Part shown: one piece after another, positions 9,108-17,473 of the stretch | How the letters are laid out: every line of letters starts with the position of its first letter | Numbering within the stretch: the first letter of the stretch is position 1 | Assembly (NCBI GenBank): GCA_964631295.1 | Contig: CAZVXI010000001.1 | Span: forward strand, 1 to 43,799 | Direction: 5' to 3' | Length of the DNA: 43,799 bases | From: an uncultured Isosphaeraceae bacterium | GTDB lineage: Bacteria > Planctomycetota > Phycisphaerae > Phycisphaerales > SM1A02 | Program-made: the position numbers and the translations under genes | Notes under the pieces: generated by a model | Told to the model about the DNA's origin: nothing | What the model saw: only the letters and a program-made list of their open reading frames with translations | Databases searched by the model: none

Positions 9108-11354
9108 TCATTGACGCGCTGCCTCCACAAGAACTCTCAGCCGAACCGCGATCCGCGCGTGCAGGTCATTGCGCTGTTCGAGCAGCGCGCGATATGCCCG
9201 GTGGTCAGCCGGATCCACGCCCATTGGCAAGAGTCCCTCCCGGCTTGGTGACCATGTCACAGTTCGGACCGCAATCGCAAGCATCTGCTCATGTAAATCA
9301 GTGTCGTTCGTGATGAACTCCGCCCAGTGATCTTGCACACGTTCGTTCAGAGTGGGCGTCGTCTCCGACAACGCACGTGCAACATCAAACTGCTCAATCA
9401 ACCGATCGCGGCGCTGATACAAGTGTGGCAACACCTCACGGAGGAATTCCTCACGCAAAGCAGGCATACCGAGTTCGTCTGCGACCCTCTCGATCCAATC
9501 AGCATTCGCTTTTCCAATCGCAACGTTCACACGTCCAACCGCCTGATGAAGCGGATGCAATGAAGTCTTCTCATCACGCGGAATGTCTGGGTCGTTGCGA
9601 TGCGCCTGCCAGATTCGATACCGCCTGACGCGGTCGTGAAACATCGGTAACGCCTGTTCATGCCATTGATGCAGCATCGTGTTCACCACAGCCAGAGTCG
9701 CAAGATCGACATCGGGATGGAACAGCACAAATCGTCCTGCATCGGCACGTGTGATGCCCTCGAGGAACATGTGCCGGTCAAACCATGATGCCCGCTCGAT
9801 CGCTTCGGCCAGTCGATCGAGTGCAGCGTGGGCGTGTGCCTCACGTGCGTCGACAACTGCGCGGACACTGCGCAACAGATCCCTGCCAGCGTCCCGAAGC
9901 AAAACACGTATCTCATCAGGTACCAACTCCCCGGAATGCTTGTCATGCTCACTGACGGTCTGGCGATATGTATCGATCGCCGCGAGGGCAGCGGCGTATT
10001 GTGCGTCGTCCAGGGAAAACTTGAAGATCAGTGCTCGCAGATCGTGCTCCGCGATGCTCATCAATACCGGAACCAAAGGCGAAGTTGTCGGTCGTTTCGG
10101 CAGTGCGGATGGTCCACCCGCGTCACGCAGTGCGCGCATATGCCGCAGCTCCGCAGTCTGTAGGACCTCCAGTTGTTCCGCATCACCGTCAGCAATGGTC
10201 TGCCAGAGCCATTCGAGAGCGGTGCTCATCTGATTGCCAAGTTCATATTCAACTTTCACAAGCTCGAGGTTGCGACTGGATTCAGCCTGACGCTCTTCAG
10301 CAGACATATTGGCACGGGCAAAGGCAAGTACCCTGCGCGGGCGATGTTCGCGCAGGTGATCAATGGCGGATCGGATGTGCGCAACGCCTTCGCTGAATAT
10401 AAAGCTGCGCATCTGCTCGCGAGCTTCGTCTGCAGAATGTTCCGGCACAAGGTCGGCCATTTCTTCCGCGACATGCGCGAGCCCATACCACCCGTTCCAA
10501 GTCGGATGGCCACGTGGATAACGCGCGTTTCCGTAGGCGTACACCAGGTGAGCCGTGTTCTCGACGGAAACCATATCAATAAGCGCCAGCAGCGTCCGAT
10601 CATTCAGATCGTCAATCTCCGCCATGTGTTCGAGCCATGGCTCACGGGCACTGCGGATCAGTTCGAGTGACAACTCGGGATCAACATCATCCGGGTCAGC
10701 AATACCAAACTTCTCATTCTGCTGACGAAGTGTCTTCACACTCTGTTTGATCGCAATATCTTCGAGTGTCGCCAACCTGCGATTCAGTTCCAGTGCGTAC
10801 TGAGCCAGAGACACCCACCCAGCCTCGGGAAGCCTGATCGCACCATCTGACCACTCTGCAAGAAGTAACAGGCGATCGATGGCGACAAACCGCTTGCCAG
10901 TCTGGTCGATTTCCGCAATCGCTCTGCTGAACAAACGACGATCTATCATCGCGCGAGCGATCGGCAGTCGCGTTGTTTGATGCTCCGCCAACGTTGGTTC
11001 AATCGCGGCAAACAGGATTCGATCGTGTGCGCGCAACTGCCTCGCGCGCGTGCGATAGTCATCTGCAGCCTGCCGAAGGTATGCGATGCGTTGTTTCATC
11101 GTGTGGTTCTGATCGTACGGCCGCAACCAGAACTGCTTGTCTGCCGCGATGCGCTCGACATATTCATCGTGCGCATCGAGCAGACCCGCCATCTGCGCGG
11201 GCGATAGTTGCAGCACACGGTCGAGCAGCAATAGATCTTCGATCTCAACACCGGTGAGGTTGCCGGCGAACTGGCCATAACAGGTGCGAGGCAGTGCAAG
11301 GGCAACGACCAGTACGCCAAGCACCTGACCGACGAAACGGGAGCGTCTGTGCAT
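9108..11354 (-). CDS. Large secreted all-helical protein of unknown function
   Basis: ORF 9108-11372 begins at a GTG. The ATG at 11354 is preceded by AGGAGA (7 nt spacer) and gives the signal peptide MHRRSRFVGQVLGVLVVALALPRTCYGQ. The 748-aa sequence is rich in A/R/L/E/D and has no motif I recognise. Its stop codon directly abuts the pgpH stop. Confidence 0.7.
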   Translation of the reverse strand: MHRRSRFVGQVLGVLVVALALPRTCYGQFAGNLTGVEIEDLLLLDRVLQLSPAQMAGLLDAHDEYVERIAADKQFWLRPYDQNHTMKQRIAYLRQAADDYRTRARQLRAHDRILFAAIEPTLAEHQTTRLPIARAMIDRRLFSRAIAEIDQTGKRFVAIDRLLLLAEWSDGAIRLPEAGWVSLAQYALELNRRLATLEDIAIKQSVKTLRQQNEKFGIADPDDVDPELSLELIRSAREPWLEHMAEIDDLNDRTLLALIDMVSVENTAHLVYAYGNARYPRGHPTWNGWYGLAHVAEEMADLVPEHSADEAREQMRSFIFSEGVAHIRSAIDHLREHRPRRVLAFARANMSAEERQAESSRNLELVKVEYELGNQMSTALEWLWQTIADGDAEQLEVLQTAELRHMRALRDAGGPSALPKRPTTSPLVPVLMSIAEHDLRALIFKFSLDDAQYAAALAAIDTYRQTVSEHDKHSGELVPDEIRVLLRDAGRDLLRSVRAVVDAREAHAHAALDRLAEAIERASWFDRHMFLEGITRADAGRFVLFHPDVDLATLAVVNTMLHQWHEQALPMFHDRVRRYRIWQAHRNDPDIPRDEKTSLHPLHQAVGRVNVAIGKANADWIERVADELGMPALREEFLREVLPHLYQRRDRLIEQFDVARALSETTPTLNERVQDHWAEFITNDTDLHEQMLAIAVRTVTWSPSREGLLPMGVDPADHRAYRALLEQRNDLHARIAVRLRVLVEAARQ

Positions 11355-11417
11355 ACCAACATCTCCTTGCACTCATCATATCACATGCGTATCGCATCCA
11401 TGATGACGCGTATGATC

Positions 11418-12464
11418 TTACCCTGCAGACCGATACCTCTCATTGGCAATCATACGACGATGCGGGTTGCTCATCGGCAGAGACTTGATCGCGCGCAACG
11501 GCTGCCAGTCCCCTCGACGAATGCGTGCCTTTGCGGTGTATACGCGGAACTCGACCCGCCGATGAGTCGTCTGATGCGTGAACACGTCTGCAAGGCAGAG
11601 TCTCGACACACCAAACCCAAGCCCTTCGACGAGTTGAGCATCGTCGAGCATGACCTCAGACTCGACGGTCACCGGTTGCCACATATAAGCCCAGAGACCA
11701 CGCTCGGGTCGTTGCTCCAGCAGGAGGCTGCCTGCCCGTTCAATCAGGACACAGTGGTGATGGACAATCTTCTTCCGAACGGCTGGTTTCCTGACCGGTA
11801 TCTCTGAGACACACCCGCGCTGGTTCGCCTCACAGCTTGTCCGCACGGGGCACAGATCGCAGCTTGGCTGACTGGGTGTGCATACTGTTGCGCCAAGTTC
11901 CATCATTGCTTCATTGAGCCTGCCCGGCTGTGAGGTCGATTCAACGAGCAACTTCGCCTTATCCCAGCACCACTCCTCACAAGGATCCGGCTCGGCGTGC
12001 CAGCGCGCAAGCACACGCTTCACATTCCCATCGACGACTGGCTCCCGAGCGTTGCCCACAATCGAAGCAATCGCACCGGCCGTGTACCGTCCGACGCCGG
12101 GAAGCTGACGGAGAGTCTCGGCATCACTTGGTATCTCACCACCATGCCCAGTCATAATCTGCTTTGCAGCCTGATGAAGCATCCGTGCACGACGGTAGTA
12201 GCCGAGCCCCTGCCAGGCTGCGAGCACATCCTGCTCATCTGCTCGCGCCAGAACATCGGGGTTTGGAAATTGCCTCACGAACTCTTCGTATCGCTCGACG
12301 ACACGCGCAACCTGTGTTTGCTGAAGCATCAGTTCGGATACAAGCGCGTTGTATGAAGATCGATTCCGCCGCCATGGCAGATCTCGGGCAGCAGACGCGA
12401 ACCATCTGATCAGTCGGTTCGCGCGCGTCCGATCAACAGACTGGTCATTCGGGCGCTCTATCAT
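11418..12464 (-). CDS. mutY: A/G-specific adenine DNA glycosylase
   Basis: HhH-GPD signature (YNALVSELMLQQTQV, LPGVGRYTAGAI), an FeS-cluster loop with 4 Cys (CTPSQPSCDLCPVRTSC) and a C-terminal NUDIX-like domain. The start overlaps the upstream gene stop as ATGA. Confidence 0.9.
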   Translation of the reverse strand: MIERPNDQSVDRTRANRLIRWFASAARDLPWRRNRSSYNALVSELMLQQTQVARVVERYEEFVRQFPNPDVLARADEQDVLAAWQGLGYYRRARMLHQAAKQIMTGHGGEIPSDAETLRQLPGVGRYTAGAIASIVGNAREPVVDGNVKRVLARWHAEPDPCEEWCWDKAKLLVESTSQPGRLNEAMMELGATVCTPSQPSCDLCPVRTSCEANQRGCVSEIPVRKPAVRKKIVHHHCVLIERAGSLLLEQRPERGLWAYMWQPVTVESEVMLDDAQLVEGLGFGVSRLCLADVFTHQTTHRRVEFRVYTAKARIRRGDWQPLRAIKSLPMSNPHRRMIANERYRSAG

Positions 12465-12745
12465 GTGACAGGCATATCCGCCTGTGACGCTTGGGACAGT
12501 ACTTGACGAATCATCTTCTTCATCGCAGGCCAGTCCTTGCGTGATGCAACATTGACTGTCATCCAGTCATCGCAGAACAATACTGAAGTTGCACCAGCAT
12601 CGAACAACTGACGCGCAACTGGAACTGCGATCGCCTCTTCTCGACTGCGACAACTCACCGGATGATCACTGATCTTCTGATCCAAGTTGCATTTCATCGC
12701 ATTCGGATTTGGTGTTGGCTCAAACTCGATCACAGACCAGCCCAT
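12461..12745 (-). CDS. Stand-alone Nfu/NifU N-terminal (Nfu_N) domain protein
   Basis: MGWSVIEFEPTPNPNAMKCNLD matches the Nfu_N hallmark (..TPNPN..KF). 94 aa. Starts 11 nt after the Mo-oxidoreductase stop codon (gene ends 12757). Its stop overlaps the mutY start (ATGA). Confidence 0.7.
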   Translation of the reverse strand: MGWSVIEFEPTPNPNAMKCNLDQKISDHPVSCRSREEAIAVPVARQLFDAGATSVLFCDDWMTVNVASRKDWPAMKKMIRQVLSQASQADMPVT

Positions 12746-12756
12746 CACTCATCATC

Positions 12757-15528
12757 CTACATGGAGTACGTTTCATCAGCAGGGCGCACAGCACGAGCAA
12801 ACCACAGCGGACGACGCAAGCCGTTCGGCCCCGGACCGGGCTTGGTCTTCGCAAGCCACTCGCGGTACACCTGCATCGACTTATTCGTATCAACGCAAAT
12901 GTCAGCATATTGATCATCGGTCTGAGCTTTTGATACAGTCACGCTCTGATGCCAGCAGTGCATACCTGATACTGGATCGGGATGGACCGGGAATGTAAGA
13001 TTCTGATGAACGCCGCCATCTGTCCACCAGATTCGCTTTGTATCCGGGTCGCTGCTGTCGAAGGCTTGTACGTTCTCGACTCGGCGGAAGCGATATACGC
13101 CGTTGTCGGTTTCCTCGCGAATAACCTTCGTACTCGCCCAGCGATCGGTGCCGGTCTCATCATGAAGTCGCCATCTGCCAAGATGATGTGAACATGCAAC
13201 AATGCCCGGACGTATTCCCTCGGTCACCCAGACTCGATTAACGAAATACCCGATATCAGTCGTCACACGAATCAGGTCAGCGGTCCCTATCCCAAGACGT
13301 TCCGCCTCCGACGAGTGAATCCACACCGGGTTCGTGTTGGATAGTTCATACAGCCATTTTGCATTCGCAGCACGAGTATGGATCAGTGTCGGCAGACGGA
13401 ACGTGGGCACCAACACAAAGCCGCCGTGGTCTCGATCGATGTGGTCACGATGGACATGCGACTTGATATATCCAGGAGTTGCGTGATCACGCCAACCCCA
13501 CTGTTCCATCGTCGAACTGTAGATTTCAAGTCGCTTGCTTGGCGTCTTGAAGCCCATTCGCACAGTTCCATCCAACTCAATGCCGATCGTTGAGCCATCG
13601 GCAGTGATGGAACCGTCTGATTCTTGTCTTGCTCCGACGGGAGTCTCCGCGGTCTTCAAGTGACTACCACGCGCTTCATTTTCAACGAGGAACGCACCGA
13701 ACTTTCGCATATATTCCAGAGGCGACAAGCCATGCTTCACTGCTTCCTCAGGCAAGCCGGGAACTGCATTCTCAAAGATCCAGCGATAGTACTCTTCTAT
13801 CGTAATTTTCTTGCCTGGACGATAAGGCGACTCGTAGTACTTGCGAATACCGAGGTGACCGTCCGGGTCGATCCGCCACGATAACTCGATCCAGAACTCA
13901 TCCTCTTCCCAGACTTCTCCGGGATTCGCCTGCCATGTAAACTCAACATTCTTGCCAGCCCGCTGCATCGCAACGCGTTGTACGGGTTGCCGAAAACTGA
14001 TCCACTTCGCAGCATGGGTTTCCTGACTCATCAGATCGTGTCGCTCTGCACCGGTCCCCATCGGGAGGACATAGTCTGCATACTGCGCGGTCTCATTCCA
14101 GGTTGGAGTGAGCGCTGCATGAAGACCGATTTTCGTCTCATCCTTCAGGACACGTTCCCACATCATGCCGTCCGGATTTGTCCACAGCGGGTTATAGACA
14201 CGCGTAAAGTACGTATCGATCTGGCCCCGGCCTTCTTCAAGGAAGTGTGGAAGCAGGTACGACAGCTCGTGATATGCCAGCGGATACTCGCGTGGATACA
14301 GTAGCTCGTTCCACATCTTCTGTGGTGGTGGGGTGAGAAATGGCGATGCAACAAACTTATTCGTACTGTTGAGGTTTGTACCTCCAAGTGAATCAACGGC
14401 GCCCATCAGCACGCATATGAACTGGAGAGATCGTGCCACCTGCCATCCGCCGAGGTTCCCCGCCGCAGCGCTCCGCCAGATGTGCGTGGCAAGTGCTGAA
14501 CCGGCGTTGCCTATTTCACGCGCGACATCCTCAATTTTCGAAGCATCAACATCACACTCTTCCGCAGCTCGCTCTGGCGTGTACTCGGCATACCGCTCCT
14601 GAAGGCGTGCAATGAACTGTACAAACGTGCATGTGTCGTCCGGATGAAGCGCCCGCATATAGGTGCGCCAGTTGACCCACTGCTCCACGAATGATCGATC
14701 GAACAGATTGTCTCGAATCAGAATGTTTGCGATCGCGAGAAGCAGACATGCCTCAGTGCCGGGCCAGGGTGCAAGCCAGTAGTCGGCACGCGCTGCTGTG
14801 TTCGACAGTCTCACATCGATCACACATATTGTTGCGCCGCGGCGTTTTCCTTCGACGATCCGCTGCGCGTGTGGATTGAAGTAATGCCCTGTCTCGAGGT
14901 GCGCCGAAAGAAGCAGCATGAACTTCGCGTTCTCGTGATCAGGCGACGGACGATCTGCACCTGACCAGAGCGCGTACCCGACGCGAGCCGCTGAGGAACA
15001 CACATTCGTATGTGAGTTATGCCCGTCGATTCCCCAGGACCTGAGTACGCGGTCCATGTAGCCGTCCGCGCCGGGGCGGCCAACGTGATACATGATCTCA
15101 TTGTGGCGTTTCTCGATGAGTGCTGCGCGGATGCGCGATGCGAATGTATCGAGCACTTCATCCCACGTCGTGCGCTCATACTGGCCGGACCCGCGCGGAC
15201 CTGATCGCTTGAGCGGATAGAGAATACGCCCGGGATCGTTAATCTGATTGAGGGTAGCCGGCCCCTTTGCGCAGTTCTTGCCACGCGACGCGGGATGGTG
15301 AGGATTGCCCTCCAGTCGCCGAACTTCGCCCGTATCTTTGTCGACATATGCCATCAGACCACACGCGGCTTCGCAGTTGAAGCATGTCGTGGGCACGAGC
15401 GAATAGCGTTTTCTCTCCTTACGCGGCCATGCAGCAGCGTCGTACTCTTCCCAATCATCCCAGCGGTCAACTGGCGGAAAGGATGCAAGTGGCGTGACGG
15501 TCATTGTCTTGCGATCAGAGCCGGACAT
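12757..15528 (-). CDS. Molybdopterin (bis-MGD) oxidoreductase catalytic subunit, DMSO-reductase superfamily (Psr/Phs/Ttr-like), no Tat signal
   Basis: N-terminal CFNCEAAC...NCAKG 4Fe-4S motif, a candidate Mo-ligand Cys in HTNVCSSAARVG, 923 aa, and typical MopB-type length and order. The N-terminus MSGSDRKTMTVTPLASF has no twin-arginine motif. GGAAGGAAG lies upstream of the ATG at 15528. Confidence 0.88.
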   Translation of the reverse strand: MSGSDRKTMTVTPLASFPPVDRWDDWEEYDAAAWPRKERKRYSLVPTTCFNCEAACGLMAYVDKDTGEVRRLEGNPHHPASRGKNCAKGPATLNQINDPGRILYPLKRSGPRGSGQYERTTWDEVLDTFASRIRAALIEKRHNEIMYHVGRPGADGYMDRVLRSWGIDGHNSHTNVCSSAARVGYALWSGADRPSPDHENAKFMLLLSAHLETGHYFNPHAQRIVEGKRRGATICVIDVRLSNTAARADYWLAPWPGTEACLLLAIANILIRDNLFDRSFVEQWVNWRTYMRALHPDDTCTFVQFIARLQERYAEYTPERAAEECDVDASKIEDVAREIGNAGSALATHIWRSAAAGNLGGWQVARSLQFICVLMGAVDSLGGTNLNSTNKFVASPFLTPPPQKMWNELLYPREYPLAYHELSYLLPHFLEEGRGQIDTYFTRVYNPLWTNPDGMMWERVLKDETKIGLHAALTPTWNETAQYADYVLPMGTGAERHDLMSQETHAAKWISFRQPVQRVAMQRAGKNVEFTWQANPGEVWEEDEFWIELSWRIDPDGHLGIRKYYESPYRPGKKITIEEYYRWIFENAVPGLPEEAVKHGLSPLEYMRKFGAFLVENEARGSHLKTAETPVGARQESDGSITADGSTIGIELDGTVRMGFKTPSKRLEIYSSTMEQWGWRDHATPGYIKSHVHRDHIDRDHGGFVLVPTFRLPTLIHTRAANAKWLYELSNTNPVWIHSSEAERLGIGTADLIRVTTDIGYFVNRVWVTEGIRPGIVACSHHLGRWRLHDETGTDRWASTKVIREETDNGVYRFRRVENVQAFDSSDPDTKRIWWTDGGVHQNLTFPVHPDPVSGMHCWHQSVTVSKAQTDDQYADICVDTNKSMQVYREWLAKTKPGPGPNGLRRPLWFARAVRPADETYSM

Positions 15529-15555
15529 GGTCAGTAAACTTCCTTCCGAAGGTGT

Positions 15556-17025
15556 CTACGAGAGTGGTGGCAACTGGCCCGCCCGCACGAATGCGTGTTC
15601 GTATAGATACAAACCGAAGAGTGCTGGCACCCATGCAGCCACGGGAACAACAAGCGCAACCACGACCGTGGCAAGCACACCTATGATCAGTCCATCGCGA
15701 TAGGCTTTCAACGGTCCGAGTCGGACGACCCCGAGGAATCCCGCCGCCTGTTTTGCGTTCTCAGTCGGATGCACCCGATAACGCTCCGCCCAAGAGAGCA
15801 GGCCATGCATCGCGACGACGCCGATAAACAGCAGCTTGAGCGTTGAAGTTGGCGCAACGATCAACAAGACCGCGCCGCCGCACAGCACGGCCTGGCACAG
15901 CAGGTGCCAGATCAGCAACTCACTCTCCCATAAGTCGCGCCCTTTGCACTGCGCGAACAGGAAAGCCGTATAGCCTGCGACCATGGCACCAAGCCCGGCA
16001 TTGATGCCACGAAGGAGATCTGCAATGCCCTCCAAGCCAGCCATCCGGGCGACGATCGATGCAGAAATCGTCCCGCAGAAAACGCCAAGAACAACCCCAC
16101 CGCGTACCAGCCAACTCCTCCAGTTTGGTCGGGTCAGTAGTCGGTAGAAGTATTGCGGCCGGGCGAGATCCTCCACCAGAAGCCCGAGCGTGACCAGCGT
16201 GAAAACGAGCGCGAGAACTTCCGGCAAATAGGCCTGCGTCCAGCCCGTCATACCAAATAGCGTTGCAAACGGCGCGAGCATCGCAGCACCGCTGGCTATT
16301 CCCTTCGTGACCAGATAGGCGGCCACTGGCCAACCCCACTCGACTCGATGCCCGATATCCAGCACGACACGCGAGGATGGCTCGGTCGGCACATCGGCTG
16401 GCCAATCCTCGGGTTTATCTGGCGGCCGATCAGACCAGATGTAGGTCTCAGGCCGCTCAGGCACGCCGGGGTTCAGAGCGACATCCGACGCTCCTTTGTA
16501 TCGAACGTTCGGCCCCGTCCCCTGTTCCGGCCGACGAACTCTCAGATCGTCTTCACCGCTGATCTGCGACACGCGCGACTCCGGATCATCGAAGTCGCCA
16601 GGAATGATGGCCCCAACGGGACACACGGTGACGCATGCAGGTTCCAATCCATCTTCTACACGGTGAGCACAAAAGTGGCACTTCTCGACTGCGCCGGAGT
16701 CGTCGTTCAGGTAGATCGCATCGTACGGGCAGGCCTGCATGCATGCCCGACACCCGATACACGCATCACGATCGATGTCGACGATGCCATCGGCGCGTTT
16801 CTCCAGCGCGTTTACCGGGCAGATCGTCACACATGGGGCATCTGAGCAGTGGTTACATCGCTGAACGAGGAAGTCGCGTTTGACCTCTGGAAATAACCCG
16901 AGCTCGACATATTTGACCGACGTCCGAAAGTTCCCCACCGGGACATTGTTCTCGGCCTTACAAGCGACCGTACAAGCGTGGCAGCCAATGCACGAGTCGT
17001 GATCGATGACAAACCCATACTGCAT
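15556..17025 (-). CDS. Fusion of a 4Fe-4S dicluster electron-transfer subunit (NrfC/PsrB-like) with an integral membrane (NrfD/PsrC-like) domain
   Basis: The N-terminal ~200 aa carry four CxxCxxCxxxCP-type ferredoxin motifs (CIGCHACTVACK, CNHCSDAPCVTICP, CIGCRACMQACP, CHFCAHR...CVTVCP). The C-terminal ~280 aa have about 8 hydrophobic helices. The start is uncertain: ATG at 17025 (MQYGFVIDHDSC, the usual N-terminus for this family) or GTG at 17064. Confidence 0.82.
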   Translation of the reverse strand: MQYGFVIDHDSCIGCHACTVACKAENNVPVGNFRTSVKYVELGLFPEVKRDFLVQRCNHCSDAPCVTICPVNALEKRADGIVDIDRDACIGCRACMQACPYDAIYLNDDSGAVEKCHFCAHRVEDGLEPACVTVCPVGAIIPGDFDDPESRVSQISGEDDLRVRRPEQGTGPNVRYKGASDVALNPGVPERPETYIWSDRPPDKPEDWPADVPTEPSSRVVLDIGHRVEWGWPVAAYLVTKGIASGAAMLAPFATLFGMTGWTQAYLPEVLALVFTLVTLGLLVEDLARPQYFYRLLTRPNWRSWLVRGGVVLGVFCGTISASIVARMAGLEGIADLLRGINAGLGAMVAGYTAFLFAQCKGRDLWESELLIWHLLCQAVLCGGAVLLIVAPTSTLKLLFIGVVAMHGLLSWAERYRVHPTENAKQAAGFLGVVRLGPLKAYRDGLIIGVLATVVVALVVPVAAWVPALFGLYLYEHAFVRAGQLPPLS

Positions 17026-17125
17026 GATGGGCAGTATAGCCCAACGAGCATGGCCCTCGTTCACCCATCTCAGCCGATCCCGAGAGCCGATAACCGCCGC
17101 CCCGACCGATCCCGAACACGATTGC

Positions 17126-17153
17126 TTGCTTCAACATTCAGAGGTGCTATGCT
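17126..17153 (+). promoter_or_regulatory. Candidate sigma70-type promoter for tRNA-Gly
   Basis: TTGCTT (17126-17131), a 16-nt spacer, then TGcTATGCT (extended -10, hexamer 17148-17153), about 30 nt upstream of the tRNA 5' end. Hexamer match only. Confidence 0.25.
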
Positions 17154-17184
17154 TTTCGCCCGGCGAGGTCTTGCGCCAGCTTGT

Positions 17185-17256
17185 GCGGGTGTAGCTCAGT
17201 GGTAGAGCGTCACGTTGCCAACGTGAATGTCGAGGGTTCGAATCCCTTCACCCGCT
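17185..17256 (+). tRNA. tRNA-Gly(GCC): tRNA-Gly (anticodon GCC)
   Basis: Folded by hand into a cloverleaf: acceptor GCGGGTG/CACCCGC, D arm GCTC-AGTGGTA-GAGC, anticodon arm TCACG-TTGCCAA-CGTGA, variable loop ATGTC, T arm GAGGG-TTCGAAT-CCCTT, discriminator T. CCA is not encoded. Confidence 0.95.
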
Positions 17257-17261
17257 TTCCG

Positions 17262-17411
17262 AGAACCGGTAATGACGGCGTAAACGAGCTGCTCCGCATG
17301 AAGCAAGCCCGTGCGAGAACGATCGCGCAGGAAGGGGAAACGTGTGTGGTTTTCGGCATGCCGAAAGTTGGCATCAAACTCGGTGCTGTAATACGGACGG
17401 TGTCGCTCTGA
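17262..17411 (+). pseudogene. cheB: 3'-terminal relic (49 codons) of a CheB-like protein-glutamate methylesterase gene
   Basis: The frame of ORF 17181-17411, read just after the tRNA, gives RTGNDGVNELLRMKQARARTIAQEGETCVVFGMPKVGIKLGAVIRTVSL*. This matches the conserved CheB C-terminus as I recall it (..TGMGxDGAxG...M+xAGAxTIAQxExSCVVFGMP+EAIxxG...). There is no N-terminal part, start codon or RBS. Upstream is the tRNA. Confidence 0.7.
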
Positions 17412-17437
17412 AAAAGCCCCAAGGCGATCCGTCGGGT
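17410..17437. terminator. Possible bidirectional terminator between the cheB relic and the convergent beta-helix gene
   Basis: Minus strand: CCCGA(C)GG-ATCG-CCTTGGG (7 bp with one bulge and one GU) followed by GCTTTTTCAG. Plus strand: the same hairpin followed by TTTGCGG. It lies directly after the relic stop (17409-17411) and 37 nt after the stop of 17474-18793. Confidence 0.4.
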
Positions 17438-17473
17438 TTGCGGCGAAGCAACCACACCGGGCCGCCTGAGTCT

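Noticed and set aside
12757-15528. Possible selenocysteine recoding or a hidden Tat signal in the molybdopterin enzyme.
   Set aside because: The ORF is uninterrupted, with Cys at the expected ligand position, and there is no in-frame TGA. No RR motif appears in the N-terminus or in the 27 nt upstream.
17351-17366. A perfect 16-nt palindrome TTTCGGCATGCCGAAA downstream of the tRNA, which could be an operator or terminator.
   Set aside because: It encodes the FGMPK of the conserved CheB motif in the gene relic. The palindrome is a by-product of that coding sequence.
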